From NCBI GenBank assembly GCA_051362555.1, contig CM120644.1:628954-692953 (forward strand): a stretch of 64,000 nt of DNA, given 5' to 3'. Below, piece after piece: positions 12,205-24,900 of the stretch. Both the position numbers and the translations under genes were made by a program. Positions within the stretch are counted from its first letter, which is position 1, and each line of letters opens with the position of its first letter. The notes below the pieces were generated by a model. The model was not told the origin of the DNA. It made no database searches and saw only the letters and a list, made by a program, of their open reading frames with translations. The DNA comes from Lingula anatina (lineage: Eukaryota > Animalia > Brachiopoda).

Positions 12205-14816
12205 GCTATCAGTCGGTACTTGAAGTGGTATCGCACAGACTCCATGTTGTGGAAGTGTAGGAACGCCATCAAGAGGTACATGGACTGGGGCAAGGAACCC
12301 ATGTCTTCACTGGGTAAGTAGTAGAATAGATACAGGGTCCCATGTTGGGTGGGTGGGGGAGGGACTAGTGATCACAGTTTACAGGAAATAATATCTTTAC
12401 AGGGGCAGAATGAAGCCATCTTGTGAAAGATGGTCAGAATTTTTAAGCTTACATTTATGAGCATTTCTTTTACATACATCTCGGAGGGAGGGGGGGGGGT
12501 AAAATTGGCTCTCACGGGTATTGAAAATACCCAATGGGACCCTCTAGATAGACTAATTGAACAGCAGCAATATTCCATCAGGATTATGTCGATATTGGAA
12601 ACAACTTATCTTCTCCCAGGTACACCATTGACATAATTATGATGCCTTTTTGAGGCATTAACTCTGTACTCCAGTCTGTATAAAGACAGGGCTCTCATGT
12701 TTACCAGTTAAAGTTTTCTTACTAAGCCAGCAGCTTGACCCAGCCATGGATTGCAGTAGTTGGTCAGTGAATTGTATCTGGATGTGCTCACAGTGTGCTA
12801 GATGGCATACAGAAACTAGACCACCTGTGAGATAGTTCACCAACAGATCGCTGCAGTACATCTTTGTCATTATACTGTAGCGGTTTTTGAGTCCAAAGGT
12901 AGCGTGCTAATAAAAGTTCAATCCCAAGAAACAGAGTTCTTTTTATCAATAAACAGTTTTATTTAAATCCAACGAAGTTTGTAAGGAGGCAATAAAAAGT
13001 TCAATGTGTCCAGATATAATTTAAATGATAATGATGAAGAGTTTAATAAAAATGCATAATCCAGGGTGCTACTAGGTAAAGTCAATAATCCTAGGAGGTA
13101 TAGACATCGGTTAACATCGTACTGGTACTGGTACTGGTGGGCTTCACTTCGGAATTATTCCTGCCGACGGTAACCTAGGGTCCCGTAGCTACGCTGACCC
13201 TGTCGGGATAATCTGACTGATATATCCCTTAACGTTGGTGCCCCTAGCCCGTAACCTAGGGTCCCGTAGCTACGCTGACCCTGTCGGGATAATCTGACTG
13301 ATATATCCCTTAACGTTGGTGCCCCTAGCCAACGTATCGCTTGTCCTAATCGACCTCCTGCCTAAGGTCTGCCTACTCTACACGGGAGATATTTCCCTCG
13401 TCGTTGGTGCCCCAGCCAACGTAACTCAGGCCTTCGTTTGCTACGCAAAGCCTGTCGGGAGAATCTGACGGAGATTTTCCCTGTCGTTGGTACTCCTGCC
13501 AACGTATCACTCTTCCTAACTAACCAACAATCAACCGCCCCAGTGAACCTGCCAGAGAAAGTAGAAACTTTCTCAATCGGAGCCTCGAGCGTAGCCTTGT
13601 CCCATCAGATTCGACCAACCGCCCCAGTGAACCTGCCAGAGGGAGTAGAAACTCCCTCAATCGGTACCTCGAACGAGTAGTATCCTCTGTGTCTCTTCCG
13701 TGGTATCTTCACCCAGCGTGAGGTGGGCTCTGTGTAAGGAGATAATTTTATCGTTCTCACCTATGAAAGGGGAAGGGGTATAGGTAAGCTCGTAAAGACG
13801 TTGTTAGCACCAGAACGTTACTTCTGTACCGCAAGGTCGTCCTGCTCATGTTGTGTAACTCGCCAGAATTATTGGCCACAGTGCTGACGAGGGTAATGGT
13901 TCCAGTCACATGAATCAATAAGTTGTTACAAACGCCCAAATATTTACCGGACGCTCCCATGGGGGTCTTTATGGCCCATAATGATAGGAATTACTTTGAT
14001 AACGATTGTTAAAAATTTGTTTCATTACAATACCATACTCCAGCTTATTTCAGGACACCTAGGTTATATCCAGTACATATGACATGTCTATAGACAGGAG
14101 AGTCTTCAGAATTGATCAAAAAATCCAGATATTAATTTTGGGTGTTATATTGTGCCCCCCCCCCCCCCTAAAAAAATAGTATAACAGAGAGGGTTTCAGT
14201 ATCTCAAACAGAAAAGAAAGCAGTATTATCTGTAGTTTCCTAGAACTTTACAGGCTATGTTAATTAACAAGTCTGGTATGGTATGGTTTTCCCTGTTGGT
14301 TATATGTCTACTACGTGCCGTTGAGACAAGGCAGCTAGTGTACTGAGATCTGAGTATAATACAGCATGGTGTAGGAATGTCTGGCATTGAAAGAACACAG
14401 TAACTCTACACAGAGTTCAGTAATAAGATGAGAAAGTTCAGGATAAATGAGATAACTCAAAAAAAAAAAAAAAAACTGTTTCCTAGAATTCCTGGAACAT
14501 TTGTATAAGGTCATCAGATAAGCCAAGGCAATAAGACTGATGACTATCTGAAGTGGTCTCCTACCTGTTACTGGCTCCGGGCTGATCTTGACTGATGATC
14601 TGGCTTGTCTTGTGTCTGGGATGATGTGTGGGAGGGAGATGGCAACTGTGGATTGGAGACCAATTAGTGTGTGTGTATGTGTCTGTGTGTGTGTGTGCTC
14701 ATGCATCTGTGTATGAGAAAGTGAAATAGAGAGATAGACAGAGAGGGTATGTGCTTGTGTGTCTGTGTGTGTGTGTGAGAGAGAGAGGGAAAAAAAGAAA
14801 AGCGTGTGTAGGTGTG

Positions 14817-14855
<39 letters not shown>

Positions 14856-16112
14856 TTATATTTGAGGACGAATATGATAGAGCCTGTGTGTGTGTGTGTG
14901 TGTGTGTGTTTGTGTGTGAGAGAGAGAAAGAGGGAGAGAGAGCTTGTGTGTGTGTTAGACTAGCACATTACTGATATCCTGAGGTATAGCAGCCCTCACC
15001 ATTTATTACTAAGAGACTTGTTATTTCCCTCCACCAGGATATATCTCAGTTCCCCAAGCCCCATGTCACTGGTACAGGGCCAAGAGTTGCTGTTCCTCAG
15101 TTACTAAAGATATCCCCTCTTAACATTCCTCAGAATTGAGATGAGCCGTCTTCACCTGGTCTTGGTTTATCTTCATTCTCATCTCTGACTCTGCTCCAAA
15201 AATGGATTTTACTTGGATTGAAAGTGAACTGAACAATGTGATTAACTTCTCCAGTATGCAAGGGTTTATGAAGAACCTCATATGGGCTTTTACAACCTCA
15301 TCTTCCAGCCATTGAGATTGGCTGAGGTAGGTTTGTTTATTTGGCATGCCCTGTATTTAGCAGGGCTGGGGTTTCACTGATACCTCACTTTTACATCTCA
15401 AGTTTTGAAATGTTTTTGTTTACACCTAGTTCTTGTTACATTATCACAGTCACTGTCATCTAACAAAGTGTTATCATTATTTTCAGAGCTGTACTGTGAA
15501 GTCCTGGGGACAGTGAAGTCCTTGGATTGGTACCACAACGGGAACAAGCTCAACCTAGGTCAGGTTTCTTAGTTTATTCCTACAGTTTTCAGTTAAATTT
15601 TATCAAGTAGAAGGTGTTCTATTTGGAAATCAAGCTACAAATCTTATGTGTTTTCATGGAGATGGAGTCTCTGGTGTATAAGTGTGATAGACATTGTGGT
15701 TGAATCTCATCCCAACACAATTTGTTTGGCACACCTAACGCAATGCAACTTCAACATTTATATTCAGTATTCAATATGTCAGATGTGGACAGTGTTGATT
15801 AATACATTTGTAATCCTTCATTTATCAGGTGGAAGGTACGTGTTGATTGCTTTTCCTCATTATCGCAAGGGGCGTTACTTCTCCAAATGGCTGGACTTTC
15901 GTCTGCGGATGTATTTCCCCACAACCGAGGACTCTGGCATCTACACAGTGAGACTACAAGGCCCATCTGGGAAGACACATGAACAGAATATATTTGTGGA
16001 CATTTCAAAGTTCAAGACAGCCAATCAAGTGACAAGTAAAGCCAAGACCTGGTGGAAACCCAAAGTGTCCGCAAAGACATCAACTAATAAAAACTCTGTC
16101 ACAAAGATTTAG
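12205..16112 (+). CDS. 3' coding exons of an unidentified gene with a C-terminal Ig-like (I-set-like) domain; exons 12205-12313, 15487-15558, 15829-16112 (stop)
   Basis: Canonical AG/GT boundaries with matching phases give AISRYLKWYRTDSMLWKCRNAIKRYMDWGKEPMSSL-ELYCEVLGTVKSLDWYHNGNKLNL-GGRYVLI...FRLRMYFPTTEDSGIYTVRLQGPSG. The LxC, WYHNG and DSGIYT motifs are Ig hallmarks. Upstream exons were not identified. Confidence 0.7.
12876..14029. mobile_element. Solo LTR (Gypsy-like), 1154 bp, in an intron
   Basis: TGTA...TACA termini with an exact 4-bp target-site duplication ATAC (12872-12875 and 14030-14033). It is CpG-rich against CpG-poor flanks and carries internal 81-bp and about 84-bp direct repeats. 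Confidence 0.75.
14667..14955. repeat. Compound (TG)n/(GA)n microsatellite
   Basis: Alternating TG and GA runs. Confidence 0.9.
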
Positions 16113-17799
16113 AAATTGTACAGTTAATAGTTACAGTATGAAGATACAGCAGTGGAATGGTCATAGTTATGAAACAGTTATGGTGCTGGACATTTTTAGC
16201 CCATAATCATGATCAGTTGCTTCTTGATTCGTATCAGCCAAAAAGAACCACAATCTAGCATCGAATCATGGCTAATATATATGCTGTTGAATTTCCAACG
16301 TTAACAGCATTTTCTAACATGGCCATCTGTACATATATACGAATTAGTAAAAGTTTGGTACATAGCCTTATCACTGAGCAACTTTGATTGGTCAGTTTCT
16401 GTACCTGGAGCATTTCTGTCTTGTGATTGAACGACAGAGTTGACCATTTTTGAAGATTAGTGCAAATTTTATATTTTTTTGCATTTTTAAGTTCTTGATT
16501 TTCAGTATTTATTTTATGTTTACTTTTTTCAACTTCATGCTTTCTTTTCTTTTGCAAAATTTAATTGGCAAATGAAAAAAAACGCAAACTAGAGGTTGTT
16601 GTTATCAGTAATTGTAAATGAAGCACTTTCTGCTGATCTGACAAGTCCAGGTGTCTTCAGTGCAGGAAATGCTGTTTGTAGTAAACAACCTGTGTGACAG
16701 AAATATATTGTAAATTGTACACAAAATACTGTAAATAGTTTAATCTAAATTAATATTGATGTGAAGCATATATTCACTTTATATATTGTAAAAATAATAA
16801 GAAAAATAATATCACTGATGGAAATTTGTGGATGTTATATTGGGAGTGTGGTTTGATTTGATTTATCTGTAGATAGTTCAACAAGGATGTCACACAAGAA
16901 TATTTTGATAGTTGTGTACTGCAACTTTTAAAACAACTTCTGTTGATTGATACAAAAGTTGGATGTAAATTTGGAGTGTGGCAGGTTTTGGCGCCCAGGG
17001 TCTATATCTGACTTGTTCACAGAGTGATGGGTGTTTTTTAACATGAAGTGTAACATTAAACTTGGAATACATGCATTGTATCAGTTGTTATTTTAAAATG
17101 TGTATATACAATAAGTAATAGCTGACCATGACAACAACTCTTTGTTGATCACCATCTTTTGTTGTACAGTAGAAGCTCAGATTCAAGATATCACATCAGT
17201 CTCTTAAATCTGGGTCTCACATTAAGTAACTCTTTAACTTACCAAAGATAATTTACAACTTGGCATTGATTTATTTCAAAATGTTACATTAATGTAATGT
17301 TCTTTTTAATTTTTACAAGCATGTATCTTGTTTGCGTTACATGATACAAAAGCCTTGGATATATGTACATAGTTAATCATGACCGTTAACCCTTTGTCAC
17401 TGTTCAACATCCCACATATTTACACTTCCTCTCAATGGCTGGCAGTTTTAAACAACACGGATTGAAAGGGTTAATTTGTTCTTACACTTATTACAATAGT
17501 CTGACCTTAAGATCATTTATTACAATAGATTATAATTTATGTTCAAGACTTAAACTTACAAAATAGCCTAACTATTAATTATTCCCCTATACAATTGCAC
17601 TTTCATATGATATGGCATTATGACAATTCAAGGAACTGTCACTGTTCCTGTTACTGGTGGTTAATGTTAATACTTCCCCCACTGCTGTTCCCAGCTGTGT
17701 TATGTTGTCACAGAATAAATCAGTATTACCTAAACTTGACATAGTTTTCATCTTGTTCATAAACAAACATATTTTTGCCTTGTCCTATGTGAAACATCC

Positions 17800-18240
17800 G
17801 AGTTCACAGCTAACACAGTGCATCGATGTCCCAGTTCACAGCTAACGCAATGTGCTGTCTCCCAGTTGACAGCTAACTCAATGTGCTGTCTCCCAGTTCA
17901 CAGCTAATGCAATATGCTGTCTCCCAGTTCACAGCTAACACAATGTGCTGTCTCCCAGTTCACAGCTAATGCAATATGCTGTCTCCCAGTTGACAGCTAA
18001 CGCAATGTGCTGTCTCCCAGTTGACAGCTAATGCAATAAGCTGTCTCCCAGTTCACAGCTAATGCAATGTGCTGTCTCCCAGTTCACAGCTAATGCAATA
18101 AGCTGTCTCCCAGTTCACAGCTAATGCAATAAGCTGTCTCCCAGTTCACAGCTAACACAATGTGCTGTCTCCCAGTTCACAGCTAATGCAATAAGCTGTC
18201 TCCCAGTTCACAGCTAACGCAATGTCCCCTTGTTCATAGC
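17800..18240. repeat. 31-bp tandem repeat (about 14 copies, decaying to about 18430) in the probable VPS50 3' UTR
   Basis: Unit GCTGTCTCCCAGTTCACAGCTAATGCAATAT, period 31, just downstream of the VPS50 stop codon. Confidence 0.9.
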
Positions 18241-18423
18241 AAACACAATAGACAATGCACTCCCACTTCACAGGAACACAATGTGCTGTTCACAGCCAAT
18301 TCAATGCAATTCGCAGTGACACAATGTGTCTTCCCAAGTCACAGCTAATGCAATGTAGTTCACAGCTAACACAACATGCTGTCTCTAAAGTCACAACTAA
18401 CGCAATGCAGTTCACAAAATGTG

Positions 18424-21400
18424 CTATCTCCTGTTGGCAGATTCCTCCACCATTGCCACCAGTCTCTGTCTTCCTCTTTTGTTGATGTGGTCCACACAGT
18501 TGATAAGAGAGATCAGTTGTTTGGGAGAGTATTCCTGAAAAGATAACATTTCAGCAACATTACCTTTTTATTGCACAATATTCAATATAAAAGTAGTTTT
18601 TGAAGAAAAGCACTTACTTTAAGCATAGCAATTTTGGTCACTGTATGAATCACACGTTATGGTAAACGTTAAATTCTGAACCGTCTACTGACCACAAAAA
18701 CTGAACAGATAAACCAGATAAAAGGGCAGTATTTGTCTGTATTTGTCTATATCTTGACCACTGCCCACTCAGTGTCCACTCATTGACCACCGTCCACTCC
18801 CTTACCCTTCTGTCCCTGACCCAGAGCTCTAGCTGTGTCTCTGGCAGGTAATACGCCTTGATGTAAGCGTCCACAAACTCCCGCTCTGGTATTGGTCGGA
18901 TGTTGGTCAACTTCTCCAGCTTCATCAGCAGCTGTTGAAAGTCCAGCTGCATCAGGGCTCGGCCCTCATTGGTACACTTCTTAGCACTGGCATAACTGGA
19001 AACATGATTTCTTGGTTTACTCAATGGTTTTATTCTATTTAATTAAGTATTCATCCTTTTCCCAAGCACTCCTAAATTTAGCAAATTGATTTAAAGACAA
19101 ATATTTAAGTTCTTTAATAACCATTCTGATCAACTGTAACAGTTTATATCAAATGACACGTTAACATGCTTCCTGTCCACACGACCAGAAACTGGAAATG
19201 TGCTATTGTTAACTTGTTATTTCAGCTGTATTTTGTTTGTATTTCATTTTTTTTTCAAATTACTAAATTTGTTTAACAACTAGACAGCAAAGCTGGCAAG
19301 TATACAGTCACCATACAGGAAACAAGGCAGTTTTATATACAGTGTCTGTATTGATTGATTTGATAACAAATTTTACAGATTCAAATTACAATATTATTCT
19401 GGTCAATTGCGTTAACCATCCTTCATAAAACCTAGTGGTTGCAAGATGTCTGTCATGACCAGACTGCCGCACACTTACCCTTCTACTAGCGTCCTATTGG
19501 CAAGTCCAATCACATGCTCCCACATTACCTTGGAAACGGCTTCAGGAAGCGGGACGCGGCGACTGACCCCATTTAACCTGTTACTGAACACTTGAAGTTC
19601 CTGTAAGGAAAGACTTTTCTTAAAACTAGAACACAAACATGTCAGGTATTTATGATTTAATATCACTGAAGACATACAAACAACTACCTCTAACTTGTAC
19701 TGGATAGCTCAGTTGTCTGATATCATTTCCAGATGCCCCTTGACTCTATAGCCAGTCTATAGCTAACCTTACCCTCAGTATGACATCCACATAGTTATTA
19801 TAATTGTATATTAATTCAAGCTTATAGTCAGACTTTATAGCCAGTCTCTATAGCCAAGACACTTAGACAAGACTCTATAGCCAGTCTATAGCTAACCTTA
19901 CCCTCAGTATGACATCCACATAGTTATTATAATTGTATATTAATTCAAGCTTATAGTCAGACTTTATAGCCAGTCTCTATAGCCAAGACACTTAGACAAG
20001 ACTCTATAGCCAGTCTATAGCTAACCTTACCCTCAGTATGACATCCACATAGTTATTATGCTGTGACATGATGTCCTTGATGTCCCACTTAACACTGCTG
20101 ACAGACTGCAGGAGTTGGTCAGTGTTCAGACACCTGCTGGTGACACATTGATAGACAGGCTTACGGAGCTCCTGGGCTGTACTCACAGTCTGAGGGTAAT
20201 AATAAAACATTTCATTATAACAATTAATATAACACACTGGTAGACAGGCTTACGGAGCTCCTGGGCTGTGCTCACAGTCTGAGGGTAATAATAAAACATT
20301 TCATTATAACAATTGATATAACACACTGGTAGACAGGCTTACGGAGCTCCTGGGCTGTACTCACAGTCTGAGGATAATAATAAAACATTTCATTATAACA
20401 ATTAATATAACACACTGGTAGACAGGCTTACAGAGCTCCTGGGCTGTACTCACAGTCTGAGGATAATAATAAAACATTTCATTATAACAATTGATATAAC
20501 ACACTGGTAGACAGGCTTACAGAGCTCCTGGGCTGTACTCACAGTCTGAGGGTAATAATAAAACATTTCATTATAACAATTAATATAACACACTGGAAGA
20601 CAGGCTTATGGAGCTCCTGGGCTATACTCACAGTCTGAGGGTAATAATAAAACATTTCATTATAACAATTGATATAACACACTGGTAGACAGGCTTACGG
20701 AGCTCCTGGGCTATACTCACAGTCTGAGAGAAATGATAAAACATTTCATTATAAGAAATATAGCACTTTGCCTGTGTGCTAACAGCATATCGAAAATGTA
20801 AAAATGTGTACTTCATATTCGTATCATGATGCAATTAATTTAAACTATATTCTATAAATGTTAAAGGCCAAATAAGCTCAAAGCCTCTAGCATAATTTTT
20901 TAAAATTATGAAATCATAATTTTTCTACAAAACTGCATTAAAAAAATCAGCAAAAATCAATGACATAGATAAAATGTGGTACTTGACTTACAAAACTGGA
21001 CAAATATCCTACATTTTTCTGTGGGTAAATCTTATTGGAGAAGTCATAAGTACCCACCTGTGAATAAAACTGCATGAGGAATGCTTTCTTAGTCTGTGGG
21101 ATGGATTCTTCCAGACTGGGTTTCAGGAACTCAAACTGCTCTGCCAGGAATACTCTGGAATACAGGAGAAGGGGGGGGGGGTTAAGACTTGGGAAGTAGA
21201 ATTACAATCAGTTCTTAAATACCCTAACACATACACACACATACACACACACACTGTTATTATAAGAACATATAACACTGGAAATTCATTCTCATCAGTA
21301 CTAGATCTTAAATTTTAAAATATATGAAATAACAAAATCATAAAAAGATCAAATTAATGAGCTCATAATAATTAAGCTGAGCAGAGTAAATATTAAAACA

Positions 21401-21699
21401 ATTCAAGCACAAGATAAACCTACATTCTACAAATAACATTACAGACCACTTTTACAAATAGCAGAAGATAATTCCTACATCAAGCACTTGCCACATAATT
21501 TCCATCACTGTAATACTCACAGAGACTCAGCGGCCACCACTCTCTCTGGCAGACCAAACAGTGAGTCTGGGTTGAGCAAATTGACGACGGGAGAAATGTG
21601 GGGCTGTAGAACTTTGTCCTAGGAGACAAACAAGGTTATGCATTCTATTAACATATGTCAACATATTACATGACAATTAACACAAATATACACAGTGAT

Positions 21700-21741
<42 letters not shown>

Positions 21742-21748
21742 ATTAATT

Positions 21749-21786
<38 letters not shown>

Positions 21787-21790
21787 TTAA

Positions 21791-21827
<37 letters not shown>

Positions 21828-21838
21828 GCACACACACA

Positions 21839-21911
<73 letters not shown>

Positions 21912-24900
21912 GCACACACACATTAAATTTTATACAGATTTCAAAGGTTGCAAGCAGAAATGTAGAGCAGATGTTTTACCCTCCTCTCCTCCATACTATC
22001 CATGCCATTGTCCTCTAATATCAAGTTATCATCTATTCTCTTCAGTGTGGTCCTCAGTTTGTTACTTAGTTCTCTGTCCTGGAAGGAATAATGGAAAAGA
22101 TTCAAGTCTACAAACAAATGTAAAGAAAAAAACTTATCTTTAACAAATAGAAGAGATGAACTTTGAAGTGGAACTTTTTAAAAGAAAATGCTAGTTAAGA
22201 AAAGAAAAGTAGGAGAAAGAAAGAAGAGTATCTTTTGTTTTGTAAACCTACCTCAGCAGCATATTCAGAACCAAAGAAGCTGTACACCTGGAATATGAAA
22301 ATACAAGTGTCAGATACATATTGGAACTGATACCACATACTGCCTACTTGTCCTCTGCACAAGGCTTTAAATAAGGTCTCAGTGTAATACAGTGTTATCA
22401 CAGATTACTTACTGTTTTCCTATTACTTTATCTCCCTAATAATGTACTAGACTAGTCTTAACATTCAAGGTTACACCTGGCACACGCCAGTAGACAGTAC
22501 ACAATGCCTCTACATCCAATAATTAATTTTAAAATGGTCATTATAAAGAGATCACAGTTTTAATATATTCTTCCCTCTAATAGATAAAGACATGTTGTTA
22601 AAAAAAACTGGTTGGGGAACTTACAGTGTACATATAAAAATCAAACAGCTGGGACATACAGAAGATCACATCAAAGGAGATGGGTTTGAGGACGTTCATC
22701 ATCTGCATGTATTTCCCTGGAAATAGAGGGGAGATAGAGAATACCATATTAATATATGTTTTTAAGAACTGCACGATAAAAAACTGATGGCCATAATTAC
22801 AGTTAGCCCAAGTTAAGAGCTAAGTAACTAGATACAACAGATAAAGTGAGTCCAATGTCATGGGTGAACGTTGTAGAAACTGAAAATTCTGTAAATTCTG
22901 ACATTAACAAAACGAACAAAAACAGCGCTGAAAATGCTGAAAACTTTCACCCATGTCAATGTTCACTTTTAAAGACTTTCAGAGTGTGAGCAAACTATAA
23001 CCATTACCCCAGAGTCTCATCACATTAAGTGTAGTATTGGTCACTACTGGAGAGAGCAAACTATAACCATTACCCCCAGAGTCTTATCACATTAAGTGTA
23101 GTATTGGTCACTACTGGAGAGAGCAAACTATAACCATTACCCCAGAGTCTTATCACATTAAGTGTGGTATTGGTTACTACTGGAGAGAGCAAACTATAAC
23201 CATTACCCCACAGTCTTATCACATTAAGTGTAGTATTGGTTACTACTGGAGAGAGCAAACTATAACCATTACCCCAGAGTCTTATCACATTAAGTGTAGT
23301 ATTGGTTACTACTGGAGAGAGCAAACTATAACCATTACCCCACAGTCTTATCACATTAAGTGTAGTATTGGTCACTATTGGTGCCAGTCTGTCTGATCTT
23401 AAACTTCCTCTTCTTATTGAAACCTTGGGCCTAGAATGAAACACTTGAATTTTACCTTTCGTTTATATTTTATATTTTATCTTTTTTTAAAATATACATT
23501 CGTACGTATATAAAGGATATCAGACCTGAAAGCACTTTGTCATAATTATTTTAAACTAACTCTAAAATTATATTTTTTGCAAACACTGTTTATAATATTA
23601 TAATATCAGTAATAACATAAGATTGATAAGGTGTGTCAGGTGTGACAGACAGGTGTGTTCCCAGGTGTTCTATGGAGTATATAACATTCTTTATTATATG
23701 AATCACCTCCTGACAGCAGGCACCTCTCCTGTCTGTTCATCAATGTAATCCTGCTTCAGTTCCTCAGGGATGTCAGAGTCACTGTCACTGTCGTGGTCTG
23801 GGGTACCCTCGTGGAAACCCTCGCTGTCAAACTGGAACAGACAGGAGATGAAGGTCATACACTGGTATTGTACACAGTCATATATCATAGAGCTGTAAAT
23901 ATCATGATTTAGGCACCACAGGTGAGATGAAGATTATTACACAGAGATAGTGTTAGTCTACTAAAATGATAATGTGTCCACCAAACCCATACAAAACATT
24001 TCTAAAAGTGACTCTATGGGTTACTCTACAGGAATTGTATTGGATGTGCTACAAGCCATATTATAGAAAACCTATGTCCTATAGAACCCTTCCATGAGAG
24101 AGAAAATATACAAATAAATATTAAAGAAATCATACAATTAATCAGACAATAATTCACCGAAAAAGCCTTTACTTCTTTCTTTTTATTAAGTTTTTTTCAT
24201 TTCATTTTACCCCATTTGTTGCTAGGACGTCCTCCTTTTCTTCCTCCTCTGCCTGAAGATCAAAGGGACTTCCCTGATCTCGAAACTTCTGGAACACGCT
24301 GGTCTTCACACTCCCTTGCGACAGTGAGCTCGCATTGCTGTGTGTGCGCCGTAGTCTGTGGCGCATAAACTTGTACTCCTGTTAATTGTGGAAAAGTTAT
24401 AAGAACACTTGAATATTATCTAAAAACATGCTATTATTTATCAAATATGTTTAACTTACTAAATTTAAATACAACTGCCGAGGTATTCCTAATAGAATAA
24501 TTCCAAAATTATGTATTGTATTCAATAAGGCATAATATAGGAAGCAGATACATGGGAAGAAAAAAAAAAAAACCTAAACTAAAGTATTACAGCCTGAACA
24601 CTGTTTACTTCAGCACCTTACACTAAGTAACACATTGGCATCACAGATGTCATACAATGAGCAGAACATTAAGTCATTTCTGTACAGAATGACAACAACA
24701 TAGGACTGCTGCATGGATCCAGGGAAGACAGATAGACAGCTTACCTGGAGTTGGAGTATACTAAAGTTGGACTTCACAGGACACAGTTCCCAGCCTTCAT
24801 TTTCTAGGAACATCCTCAGTTCATCTAGTCTGGACCTGGAGTAGAGGAGAAAGTGTGTTAGATGTGATTGTCTTATATGGCAGTGTTGTAGATATGACAG

